Translations under genes and position numbers: made by a program
NCBI RefSeq assembly: GCF_000027325.1
Contig: NC_000908.2
Span: forward strand, 360,001-392,000
DNA length: 32,000 bases
Direction: 5' to 3'
Origin: Mycoplasmoides genitalium G37
GTDB lineage: Bacteria; Bacillota_I; Bacilli_A; Mycoplasmatales; Mycoplasmoidaceae
Shown here: one piece after another, positions 14,862 through 27,915 of the stretch
Layout of the letters: every line of letters begins with the position of its first letter
Numbering within the stretch: the stretch's first letter is position 1
The notes under the pieces: generated by a model
What the model saw: the letters and a program-made list of their open reading frames with translations, nothing else
What the model was told of the DNA's origin: nothing
The model's database searches: none

Positions 14862-14891
14862 AAAAAAGCAGCTGTTGTGCTGCTCTTTTTT
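14862..14891 (-). terminator. Rho-independent-type terminator downstream of dnaK
   Basis: Minus-strand reading AAAAAAGAGCAGC-ACAACA-GCTGCTTTTTTG: 5-bp GCAGC/GCTGC stem, 6-nt loop, U-tract, starting about 35 nt after the dnaK stop. Confidence 0.75.
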
Positions 14892-14918
14892 ATTTGGAAT
14901 ATGTTCTATATGAACAGG

Positions 14919-16715
<1,797 letters not shown>

Positions 16716-16740
16716 TTAGATCAATAACAATTACTCAGTA

Positions 16741-16746
16741 ATTATA
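16741..16746 (-). promoter_or_regulatory. Putative -10 box of the dnaK promoter
   Basis: Plus strand ATTATA = TATAAT on the minus strand, 34 bp upstream of the ATG. The CIRCE covers the corresponding spacer/-35 region. Confidence 0.5.
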
Positions 16747-16754
16747 AACAAAAA

Positions 16755-16781
16755 TTAGCACTCAAACACTAAAAGTGCTAA
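16755..16781. promoter_or_regulatory. CIRCE operator (HrcA-binding inverted repeat) upstream of dnaK
   Basis: TTAGCACTC-AAACACTAA-AAGTGCTAA matches the consensus TTAGCACTC-N9-GAGTGCTAA with one mismatch. It lies 48 bp upstream of the dnaK ATG, next to a TATAAT (minus strand) at 16741-16746. Confidence 0.93.
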
Positions 16782-16793
16782 TTAAAGTTTGTT

Positions 16794-17975
16794 TTATTTA
16801 TCTTTTTTAGTTTCTAAGCTAACAGTGTTAACTGTTTTCAACGGTACATTAACGGTCTTTTTAAATTCCCATATAACTTGAACAATTCACACAACAAAAC
16901 AAATCCCAGTGAAAATAGCAGGTAGATAAACAGATAAAAGTCTTCATAAAAAAACACCATCTTTAATCTGATCATGGAGGAATTGATCAGTTGGTTTGAA
17001 TGCATTGAGAAAACTAGTCATCACAAATTGTGTTGCACCTTCCCCACTAGCAACTGGAATAAAGTTAGAAGCGGTAACAGCAATATTAGTAATGTTAAAA
17101 AGATCAATTAAGCTGTATTGATCAATAACGTTATTAGTTGTGTTGACAGTTTTTGTGATCATAAAAACACCAAACAAACTAAAGTAGGAAACAATTGCTA
17201 CAACCATGTTAGCTAGTAATTTAAAGATTGTTAACCCTCACCTTCGCATCTCAATTCCATACAACTTATTAAATTCAGCTTTTTCTATAAAACGTTGGTA
17301 GATCTGCTCTTTAGTTAAATAAGGACGTTTAAGTCACTTTCGAAACTGGTTTACAAGTGAATAGATCAAAACATGCATCTTTTTATTGAAAGCAATAACA
17401 ATAAATAAGATAGCAACAACAACATCAAAGATCATCCCAGTAAGACTTAGTCAGTAAGAGACAAAGCTATTATGGTTATTTGCTAACAATTGATAGTTTT
17501 TAGAAAGAACAAAAAAAGAAGGTCAAGTTATTAACGCTTGCGATAGATTTCAAAATGCTCCTGTAGAAGTGACAATTAAAACTGCAGTTTGTTTTTTCAT
17601 CCCCTTTTTAATGAATCAATACAAGCGAAATGGATCTTGTCCTAGTGATAAGGGGGTTACAATTTGAAAAAACTGTACTACAAAACCAAATAATAACCAC
17701 TCTCACCAACTAGCATAAAAACAAAATCTCCTTGATACCCACCAATTAATGATTACATTCCACAAAACTGAAACTAAAAACCCTAAGATAACAACAAATA
17801 TCCAACCCCAATTCTGATAGTTAATTGCAGTGATAATAGTTTTCACATCATCAACACTAACACCTAAAAAAAAGATAGTAACAATAACACTAATAACGAT
17901 TAGAAAAACCAAAAAAAAGCTAAAAGCAACGATGTTTTTAGTGTTAAAAAAGGTATTGGTGGTTAACTTTGCCAT
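16794..17975 (-). CDS. Multi-pass membrane protein, 393 aa (UGA=Trp)
   Basis: Pieces 16944..17207 and 17703..17975 share one frame. ATG at 17975 and TAA at 16794. N-term [38 protein letters not shown]; several hydrophobic segments. Confidence 0.85.
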
Positions 17976-20900
17976 TACTTAAGCAAGTTTAAGCCTGATT
18001 GAATTCTTTTATCACCAATCCTAAATTGGGGTTTTTCAATTGCACTTAAAGCAAGTTGTTGGGTGCCTGTATCACTAGCTTGAAATAAAACTAAAGCTGC
18101 TACTATATCACTTTCAATATTGGTAGAACTTGTTAAACTAAGTGAATCAATGTCACTTTTAGTGAACTGAAGATAGTTGTAACTATCACCACCAAAGTTA
18201 AATTCACTAAATTTTTGGTTGGTTTGGGTACTTCTTTTTGAAATACTTGGACTATTTGATGAATTAAAATAACTGGAATATTGGTCTAAAACAGCTAATA
18301 ACAACGCTTGTTTAGCTTTGAAATCTAAAGCAGAATTGTTAATTGCATCGACCTGAAAATAAGCTGAAAGTGTTTTGCCATTACTACTACTACTACTTGG
18401 AGTTAGTCTACTTAGCTGTCGGGCAATGTTATCTAAAACTAATTGGTCTTTTGTTTCACTAATAAATTTTTTAAGATCATCCTTTGAACCATATTGTTTT
18501 AAGGAATTGGCAGCGATATGGTTTAAAAGTGCCTGGTTAGTATTGTTTTCTAACATGGAACTGTTAGTTGTATTCAAACCAGTAAAACCATAAGTACCAT
18601 TATTACTTGTTGATACTGCTTGTCTGGTGCTTAACATCGTAGTAGCAGGTGTAGTGTTAGGACTTGTTTTGGTTTTAAAAAAGAAATTATTAGGATCAAT
18701 AGTTTGGTTGGCATTAGCTGTTGTAGCATGTTCATCATTTTCATAGTTAAAAACAGAGCCAAATATTCCCTGAGGATTATTGGTGTTGTTACTGATAATA
18801 TTCTTATCATAAGCAATATAGGCAATTTCACCATACTTTAAGTTAGCTTGTAAAATATCTTTAAAGTTTTTTAGGTTGTTTTCAATTAACCATTGCAAAG
18901 TAAAAATGAAGCGATAATGGTCAATAACTGCTTTAAAGTTAACATTAAAACCTGATTCATCAACACTCTCTAAAAAAGCTTTTTTAAACAATTCATCAAT
19001 ATTGCCATTATTAGGATTACCATACATGGCTTTATTGGTTAATTTGCTTCATGTCATGTAATAGTAATTGCTAATTACTTTAGCTAAACTATCTGCATCA
19101 CTACTTGATGAAGTTGATGAAGATCCATTTTTAGATTTAATCTCTTCAAATAACTTTTTAGCTTTTTCAAACTGTTGATTGCTAGTAAAAGCATTTTTTA
19201 ACAATGCAAAGGAAAGAGGGTTTACAGTTGTTACATCTAACAACGCATTTAAACTCCAATTGGCACTGTTAGTAAGTGATTGATCATTGTTAATATCAAC
19301 TAGAATAATGTTGCTAAAGTTAGGTTTTGATTTTTCTGTAACTTTCAATTGGTTAACAAATTCTGTTACTTTGTTATTTATGTCGCTCAGAATTTCATCT
19401 CTTATCTTATCAACATCAGCTTTTGTAGTTTTTAACTTATTGTTGTTTTCACTAATATTTATTTTTTCACTACCTACTTTTTTCCAAAGTGTTTTAGTAA
19501 TTAAAAACAAGAAATAGTTATTGAGTTTTTCATAATGACCAGACTTGCGAACATATGGCAAATGGGAAGATAAGCCATTTAACCAAGGGGTTGGATTAAT
19601 TTGGTTAACATTGGTATTAAGTTCAGTTGTTCTACTTGTTAGTTTGTTATCTAATGCATCCATTTGTAAAAACAAATCTCTGATTACATTTGTTGCTAAT
19701 GCAACTGGTGCAAATTTTTGCATTAGTTCTTTGTAATCATTGAATGCTTTTTGCATCGCATCACTACCTTTATCTTTTTTTTGAAAATCAGTATTTATTA
19801 GTGCGTTTACTAATATTAATTCCTGATTTTTTTCAAACCAAGTTTTCAGTGTTTCATTTAATGGAAAACTAAAGGAATATAAACTGTTTTTAAAGGTGTT
19901 TGTTTTGGCTTGAAAAGCTCTTCACATTAAAAACTGCTTTTGCTTTTCAATGTCTCTTTCAGTTTTGCTACTACTATTTTTTGTCAGATAATAACTACCT
20001 CCATCAATTCCAATTACAGCAACTCCCTCTCCGTTTCTAACTAGTCTTAGCTTCAATTGGTTATTAGAGTTATGGCTTGTATTTTGAACAGTAGCATTTG
20101 CACAGTTTGCACTAACAGTGCTAGCACCATTATTTGTTTTGTTATTAGGAATAGCTGCATCCCAAACAAGATAACTGCTTGTTGTTGATGAACTAGCTTT
20201 AGTTGAAACCATCATATCACTTGTAGTTGTTTGGTGGATTTGCTTTGCTAGTTTTCCTAAATTGGAACTATCATTAGAACTTATAAAAGCATCTTTAATA
20301 AGACTCTTTAAATTGTTTTGTGAACTGTCTGTTGTATTGTGTTCACAGAACAATGTATTACTCTTAGTATGGTTTTCAATTTTAGTTGATTCAACAACAA
20401 TGGTATTGTTAAGTTCTTTATTAAGCTCTTTAATTGTGGGAAGTTGATCTTTATCTTGATTTAAAAGATCTAGTTTTAAATTTAAACTAGCACCTAAATT
20501 AGCTGCTTCTAGTTGATCAACAATGTTTAGACTATCTACTATTTGCTTGGTTTGAGTGTTATCAGAAAGAGTTGTTGGAAAATCAATCAGGTTGCCTTGA
20601 TTTTGATCTAAGATGTATTTTTCTAAACCTGTTTTTGCTGTATTTAATCCGTCTTTTCCCTCAATTAACTGCTCTCAGCGTTTGTTGCCAACATTCTGGT
20701 TCTGAGGAATTTCCCCATCTTTAGGAAAGAAAGGAAACGCATAAGAAGGGGTTAATTTATCTTTTAGTTTTTCAGTGTTGTAAACTTGACCCAAACCTTG
20801 TTGTGGTGCTGCATATTTAAAAGTAGCTTGACTGATTAAAGTAGGATCGGTATATTCAACCCAGAGATTAAAGATTTGTGCTTGTAACTTTGCAAACAAT

Positions 20901-21508
20901 GCATCATTAGTTTCACTAAAACGTGGTTCTTGAAAACCAAAGTCCTTTCATTTTTCAGGTTGGGATAGTTCATCATAGATATAAGGACCAGTTGAGAGTT
21001 GTCCATTAGGTTTATAAACTAAGAAATCCTTAGCGAATAATTTAGCGGTAAAATCACTAATAAGTTGATTGAAAAGTTGTTGGGATTTTCAACTAGCCTC
21101 ACTGCCACCACTTTTATCTAATAGATCTTGTTGAATAAATACTGCTCTGTTTCTGGGTGGTGATATTAACCCATTAACAGTATTTTTATATTGATCATCA
21201 ACATTCTTTTTAGTGTCTTTTAAAAACTTGTTTATGGCTTTGTCTTCATTGTTTTCATACCAAGCCTCAAGTGCTTTTAAAAGTGGTCCTATAACAAAAT
21301 GTTTGTTTGCTGAAGGAGTTTTTAAAGCAGTAATAAGTCCTTCTTTTAAACTACCCTTTTGACCATGAAAAAAATTAGTTGAGGTTGGTGAAAAAACTGT
21401 TTGCAAAGCACTGTTTGTTGGAGTTGAACAAGCTACAAGTATTGTGCTTACTGACAAACCACAAAGTAAAAACCACCAGAACTTTGATTTTTTTAAAAGT
21501 TTTTTCAT
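17975..21508 (-). CDS. Large lipoprotein, about 1177 aa (UGA=Trp)
   Basis: Five track ORFs share one frame. Signal peptide plus lipobox [30 protein letters not shown]. Contains [24 protein letters not shown] at 17975 overlaps the ATG of the next gene by one base. Confidence 0.9.
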
Positions 21509-22725
21509 GATCTTGGTTTTTTCTTATTAATTAAAAGGTTTTGAATCTGTTGTTTTTGGTATTTTTTGTAGTTAGGTTTAACCTTTTTATATTTAGCTTT
21601 GATAGCTTTAATTTTCTTAATTTGTAAAGTTGAAAGCGGTTTTTTGGTAGTTTTTTGGTTATTTTCAGTCAAAAACTTCAAATCACCATTACTAGTTAAA
21701 CTAACGTTTTGAAATTTAATTCCTTTTGCTATTAGTTTATTTAATTTACTTTGATTTTGGTCATTTCAAAAAAGATATGATCTGCCCCAACTGTTAAGTC
21801 GTGCTACACGACCAGAACGGTGGATGTAAAAACTATCAATTTTAGGTAGATCTCAAGAAATCACCACACTGAAATAATTTAAATCTATCCCACGTGAAAA
21901 TAGATCAGAAACAACTAGTAATTTCAATTTATTATTAGTTGCTTTTGTGAAATTATTTTTACGTTCTTGATAGGTTAAACTACCATAAATTGAACCAAAA
22001 CTAATATTGTTATTTGAAAGCAATTGTGTTAATTGTTTTAAAGATTTTTGATTAGAACAGAAAACAATAATTTGCTGATTTTGGTGGTGTTTTAATAAGG
22101 CTAATAAACCAGAAAAACGGTTTTCAGTATTGAGATGAACAACAAAATGCTTAACTAAGGGGTGAATCCATTGCTTTGGATGGAGATTAATAACTTTAGT
22201 ATTAATTACTTGTTTTTTAATTATTTGGAGTTGTTGATTGAATAAAGTAGCACTAAAAAAGGCAAACAAGGGCTTTGCTTTTTGAAAAAGATGAACACAT
22301 TCAAGTCACTGCTGGATTGAACTTTGCTCTAAAAACATGTCAATTTCATCAAAAACAACGTATCTAACTTTGCTAGTAAAAAGGTATTTTTCGTTTAGTA
22401 AACTAACAATTAGTTGTGCTTTTGAACTAAATGAAGTGGCAAAAGTAAAGGTTTTAAAGTACTTTTTGATTTCAGTTAAGATGTTGATAATTTGTCATTG
22501 TAACTCTTTGGTTGGTACAAAAATAACTGCTTGAGGTTGATCTAAACTGGTGTTAATCTTATCTAATAGAGGTAAAAGATAAGCAAAGGTTTTGCCACTA
22601 CCAGTTTCAGCAATACCAATGATATTTTGGAATGGTCATAATTTAAAAACTGCTTGCTGAATTTTGGTAAATTCAACAATGCGTTTCTTATCTAAAAACT
22701 GCCTAATAGAAGAGGAAAATTGCAT
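21493..22725 (-). CDS. DEAD-box-like RNA helicase, 410 aa (UGA=Trp), divergent motifs
   Basis: [12 protein letters not shown] (Q motif), [18 protein letters not shown] (motif I), FDEIDMFL (motif II variant), FFSATLF (motif III), [10 protein letters not shown] (motif VI variant). Confidence 0.88.
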
Positions 22726-22731
22726 CTTAAA

Positions 22732-25700
22732 CTAGAATTTACGCACTCACTGTGAACTGATTGCTGAAAACAATCTGTTATCACCAACTCTAACTAAGCC
22801 ATTTTTGGCATTTGCTATCAATGCATTAATAGCTTGGGTTTGATTATTAGGATTAAGCGCTTCAAGCGCAACTGTACTTAAAAATTCTTCAAGTGAAAGA
22901 TCAAGTCTTTTTGAATTATTTGAATCTGTACTATTCAAACTATCACTACCAAGCATACTTACATCTTCAAGGTTAATCTGTTTTGCATAAACTGCATGAT
23001 AGATCTGGTTATCTTGTAAAAAGTTATAACTGCTATAATTACTGGTTTTATTTGTACCTATATACCCTTCAAACCTACTAAACACATCATTAAAGTTACT
23101 ATTATTAGTTTTACTTTGAGCTTGTTTTAATTGAACAGTTTGAGTATTGTTAAAGTTTGAATTAGCAAAATTCTTCAAATTAGTTTTTTGTTCTTGTAAG
23201 GATTTTGATCTATCAACACCAGTAACGTTAATATTAAGGTTACTTGTTAAATGGTTATAAAGTGCATCAAACTCAGCTTGGGTTGGGATGTTATCAATTG
23301 TTTCTATAAGTTTTGTTAGAGAACCAAAACTAAATAAAGCACCTTTGTAAATTGTTTCATTACTACCACTTGATTGAGTAGATTGTAATTGTGCTTGACC
23401 ACCATTAGAACTTGATTTTTCAGATTGGGAAACAAAACTTGTAAAGAGGCGATTTCTAACTGCATCTGGTAAGTTGTTGGATGAAGTGTTGGTAACAATA
23501 CCATGGAAACCAAACCTTCTTTGCTGGTTATTGGTTTGCTGTGCACTTTTTTGCATTAAAGTTAATGATGTACTGCTACTACCATTGTTCTTTGTATAGT
23601 AAAGACTTGAAATATCATTTGCAGCACTGTTAACTGTTGGGGTTTTGTTGTTGGTTCAATTATAAGCACTCGAACCAAATACATAGTTAGGATTTTGTTG
23701 TTCTTGCTTGGTAAAGTCTTGATTAGTTTGAGAAGCAACGTTGTTAGCCATTTTTACTAATACAGATTTAGAAGAACTTACACTCATTGCTTGACTAGCA
23801 GTATTATTTCTGTCTTTATCACTAGCTAAACTTCAAACCAAGAAACTATTTGTTGTTCTTGATAGTTTAGCTTGCAAGTTCTGTTTTAGGTTTTTAAGGT
23901 TATCTTTTAATAGCCATTGAACTGTATAAAGATAAGAATAGTAATTGATTAAGTCATTGCTATCCAAGCGTTCTTCTAAGTTTAAGCTGTTGTATAAACT
24001 ATCTAAAACCCCATTAATTTTGGGTTTATTATCAGTTGAACTTTCATTAACACCATTACCAAAAATAGAAGGATTAGCTTGTTTTTGAAAAAGATCAAAT
24101 AGGTAGGTATATTTAAAGATATTTCAGTTTTCATTATTGAGACTGTTTCAGTTTTTAAAAGTTAATTTATCTAAATCAATCGCTTGTTTAAACTGATCAT
24201 CATTGACAAAATAATCTCGTCTAATGGTATTTTGTAACTCATCACTTGATAAAACAGCATTTAAAGCTAAATTAAGTGCTAGAGAAGTGTTTCTAGGATC
24301 AGATGAAAGTTTGGTATCAACAAGGATAATTTGTGAATATTGCGGTGAGGGAATTACCGAAACTTTTAGTTCATCAACATGCTTTTTAACTGCTGCTTCA
24401 ACTTTCTTTTTATTCTCTTTTAACTTGTCAATTATCTTTTTTGAAAAAGGATCACTACTACTACTATTACTATTACTATTACTATTACTTGTATTTGAAC
24501 TAACTTTATCAATGATGTCTTTATAGTAAATACCAAGTTCATTGTAGTGTCCTGTTTTACTATCTTGTTCATAAGGTAAAACAGCAGCTAAACCGTTCAT
24601 CCATATTTGTTTATTTCGCTCATTATCAATGAAAGGTTGGTTACGTTCTGCTAGTTTTAAAGCAACTTTGTTTTCTGCAGTAGCAACTTCATTAAAAACA
24701 ATTTGTTGATATTGACTTTCAACTAAATCCTTCAACTCGTTTTTAACAGTGATAATGCTATCACTAAACTTTTTAAACTGAGGGAAACTTAAAAAGTTAC
24801 TTTCTTTGCTGTCTACTAATTTAAAAAGGGCATTAAATAAAAATAAAACTCTGTTCTTATCAAAGTGTTTTTTCACTTCATCAAACAACTTAAAGTCATA
24901 AGTAGTGTTTGTATCAATTAAGCCATATTTGGTTTGTAGTGCACGGAATAATAAGAATTGTTTTTGTTTATTTACATCACGTCCTGATTCAGAGAGATAA
25001 TAACCACCACCATCAACACCCATTAGATGGATACCATCTTTACCACGTGCTAAGATTAAATCAGGTTGACTATTGTTATCTTTTTTAAGTTCTTTTAGAT
25101 CAACGATTGCAGAATTATTACTACTATCACTGTTACTTGTACTAGTAGCATTACTGAACTTTTTTTGATATTCACCTTTAAAAACATCTGTTGATTTAGT
25201 AGTTTCATTTTCTTTAAAGATCTTAGCTAGATCTGTTTTATGAACAGTAGTTGTTTGTGAACTACTACTTGCACTTTTCATTGCAGCCTTAGCTGAATTA
25301 TTTTCAACAAAGAAATTTTCAATGATTGATTTATCTTTTTCTAATTTAGTGTATTCAGTTTGTTCTGCACCTTTGGATTTTTTTTGTAAAGCTAAATAGC
25401 CCTGGATAAAAGCTGCTGAAAAGCTAGGATCAAAGGTATCAAACATATCACTAGCTTTTAACAACAATTTACCACCACTATCACTAGAAAACTTATTAGG
25501 GATGTCAATGGTTTTATTGTTAGTATTTACATAGCTTTGTAAATTACTAGCTAGGATATGAAAACCATTTGCTCCTTTTATGGAGTTATCTTGTTGGTTA
25601 TATTTGTTAAATACTTGAAATTGATAGGAAGGGGTTGGAGATTTAATTAGATCAGGATTAAAATAGTTATCAAACCCATCATTAGGAGTTTCATTAGTAA

Positions 25701-26409
25701 ATACTACTCTTGAAACTAAGTTAGGGTTTTCATTAGTAACGAACTGATCTAATAATTTATCTTGAATGGCAGCATAAACTGCATCATTATTGATCCTAAG
25801 TCTTTTATTTTTATCAACAAACTTAGCTTGTATTTTGATATTATTCCAATTACTTTGGTTTTCAATTAAACCTTTTAATGGAGTTGATAATACGCCAACA
25901 CTTTTATCAACATATTCAACAAAGTTCTTTGTAAAAAGCTTATTGATAAAATCATCAACAATTTTGTTGTTAACATCACGGAGCTTTCAGTTGGCTTGAT
26001 TTCCACCAGTGTTATCTAAAATATCAGTTTGTAACCTAACTAAATAATCACCCCGATACTGATTTCTTAAGTTTTGTTCTTGATTAACAAAACTATTGTC
26101 TGTATCAGTATTAAAAGTTCTTAAATTTCTCTTAATGTCATCATCAACATTTTCTTCATAAAAATTGCGCAATACTGGCGCTAGGCGCATCGTTAAATAT
26201 TGCGTTAGTCCTTCTCTATTTTCAAGTGCTTTATAAAGTGTGGCATTAATACTACCATCATTTTTATCAGTAAAAGCACTACTGGGTCTAAAGAGATTTT
26301 CAATGGTTCTGGAGTTTGGTTGTGCACAGGCAACAGCAACAATTCCCAAACTTACAGCTATGCTTGAAAGCAGCAATGGTCATTTTACTCGGTGTAAAAA
26401 ACGTTTCAT
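22732..26409 (-). CDS. Large lipoprotein, about 1225 aa (UGA=Trp), paralogous to the 17975..21508 product
   Basis: Pieces 22747..23556, 24148..25467 and 25987..26376 share one frame. ATG at 26409 gives MKRFLHRVKWPLLLSSIAVSLGIVAVACAQPNS (lipobox). Contains DLILARGKDGIHLMGVDGGGYYLSESGRDVNKQKQFLLFRAL. TAG at 22732. Confidence 0.9.
24454..24489. repeat. Trinucleotide microsatellite (ACT/ATT on +; AGT/AAT on coding strand) encoding Ser/Asn
   Basis: Run ACTACTACTACTATTACTATTACTATTACTATTACT, encoding ...SNSNSNSNSSSSD in the lipoprotein at 22732..26409. Confidence 0.9.
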
Positions 26410-26462
26410 TGCACAGTCAAAAATTTCAATAATTTTAAAATTTATATTTTTATTATTACCAC

Positions 26463-27269
26463 ATGCGACTTGAAATAGAAAACGGGCTTGAATTTGTCAA
26501 TGATCCTGTGGTAAATGAACTTGGCAAGATCTGTTTTTTTCATCCTTTTACAGGTAATTTAACAAACAAACTTAGTTTCAGAAGTCATTTCAATAGATAC
26601 AGTTTTTATGCCATTAACTACCCAGGGCATGGTAATAGTGTTATTAACAATCCAAAGCAACTTGAATTTAGTTACTGATTGGAAATTACAAAACAGTTTT
26701 TTGATAAACATAACTTAAAGGATGTAATCTTATTTGGTCATTCTATTGGCGGTGGTTTAGCAGTTGCTTTAACTAACTATTTAAGCAGTGATCAATATAA
26801 AGCAGTCTTGTTAGAAGCACCATTAAATCCTGCTATTGTTGAAACTCCTTTAAATATTGTTCAAAATCTCATTCCTGATCCTGATAGTGATTTTGCTGTT
26901 ATTCAAAAGTGTCTTGTTTACAATATTGAGAAAAAACTTGGGGCAAACTTTAAAGAATATTGTGAAAGAGAAAAGCAAAAATCAATTCACCAAAACCAAC
27001 GCCTTAAAGTGATGTTAGAACCTTCTACACTCAAACAAAACATAGTTTTAATCAATGCAGCTTTTTTAAAGTTAAATTGTCCTGCTTTGTGAATCCATGG
27101 TAAGCAGGATGGAATTATTAAGTACCTTCCATCCAAGGCTTATTATGAATCATTAAACAATAAGCAAATTCAATTTAAAGCCATAGAAGCAGCGGCTCAT
27201 ACCCCTTACTTTGAACAACCACAAAAGTTTTTAAGTTTAGTTAATGATTTCTTTCAATTAATAAGTTAA
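26463..27269 (+). CDS. Alpha/beta hydrolase family protein, 268 aa (UGA=Trp); only plus-strand gene
   Basis: Track ORFs 26463..26678 and 26679..27092 share one frame separated by TGA(Trp). NYPGHGNS, LFGHSIGGGLAVAL (GxSxG nucleophile elbow), WIHGKQDGII, AAAHTPYF. TAA at 27267. Confidence 0.88.
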
Positions 27270-27275
27270 AGCAGT

Positions 27276-27893
27276 TTATTTAACTAAACGCTTGTATCAC
27301 TCAACAACGTAAGATTCATTTATTCCAGCAGGTAGTTCGCTACGCTCTGGGAATCTTATATAAGTACCTTCAAATGCCTTTTTGTTGGTTTCCACAAATG
27401 ATGAGATAACACTGTTTTCAATAAAATTTTTAACTAATGGGGATTTAGTTATTCTTGCTTTTAAACGGACTTTATCCCCGGGATTAATGATGATTGAAGG
27501 GGTGTCAACAGTTTGATCATTTAAAATCACATGACCGTGGTTTACCATTTGTCTTGCACTCTTTCTTGTTGGTGCAAAACCCATTCTGTAAACTATGTTA
27601 TCCAAACGTGATTCTAAAACTCTAAATAAATTAACTGTTAAGTTACCTTTTTGTTTTAAAACAAAGCGAAATAACCTACGAAATTGTTTATCAGTAATAC
27701 CATACATGTATTGCATCCTTTGTTTTTCTTGGAGTTGTTGGGCATAACCTGATAAAGTTGAGGAACGAAACCTATTTCCATGTTGACCGGGAATAGATTT
27801 ACGTTTTTTTCCTTTGGAAAACTCTTTGTTGTTTTCAAGTAAAGAAAAACCTAAACGTCTTGATCGTTTGAAAATACTACCAGTATATTTCAT
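27276..27893 (-). CDS. rpsD: 30S ribosomal protein S4 (UGA=Trp, 205 aa)
   Basis: MKYTGSIFKRSRRLGFSLLENNKEF...; RLDNIVYRMGFAPTRKSARQMVNHGHVILN. Reads through TGA at 27297 to YKRLVK*. Confidence 0.97.
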
Positions 27894-27915
27894 GTGTTTT
27901 CGATTTTAAATTATC

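Noticed and set aside
18631-18834. Minus-strand [18 protein letters not shown]... and similar ORFs in alternate frames of the lipoprotein genes (for example 23316..23546)
   Set aside because: These are alternate-frame shadows of the much longer lipoprotein reading frames on the same strand.
17703-26376. Possible pseudogenes or frameshifted genes suggested by the broken ORF track
   Set aside because: All pieces of each gene stay in a single frame and are separated by TGA codons only where checked. This is UGA=Trp, not gene decay.
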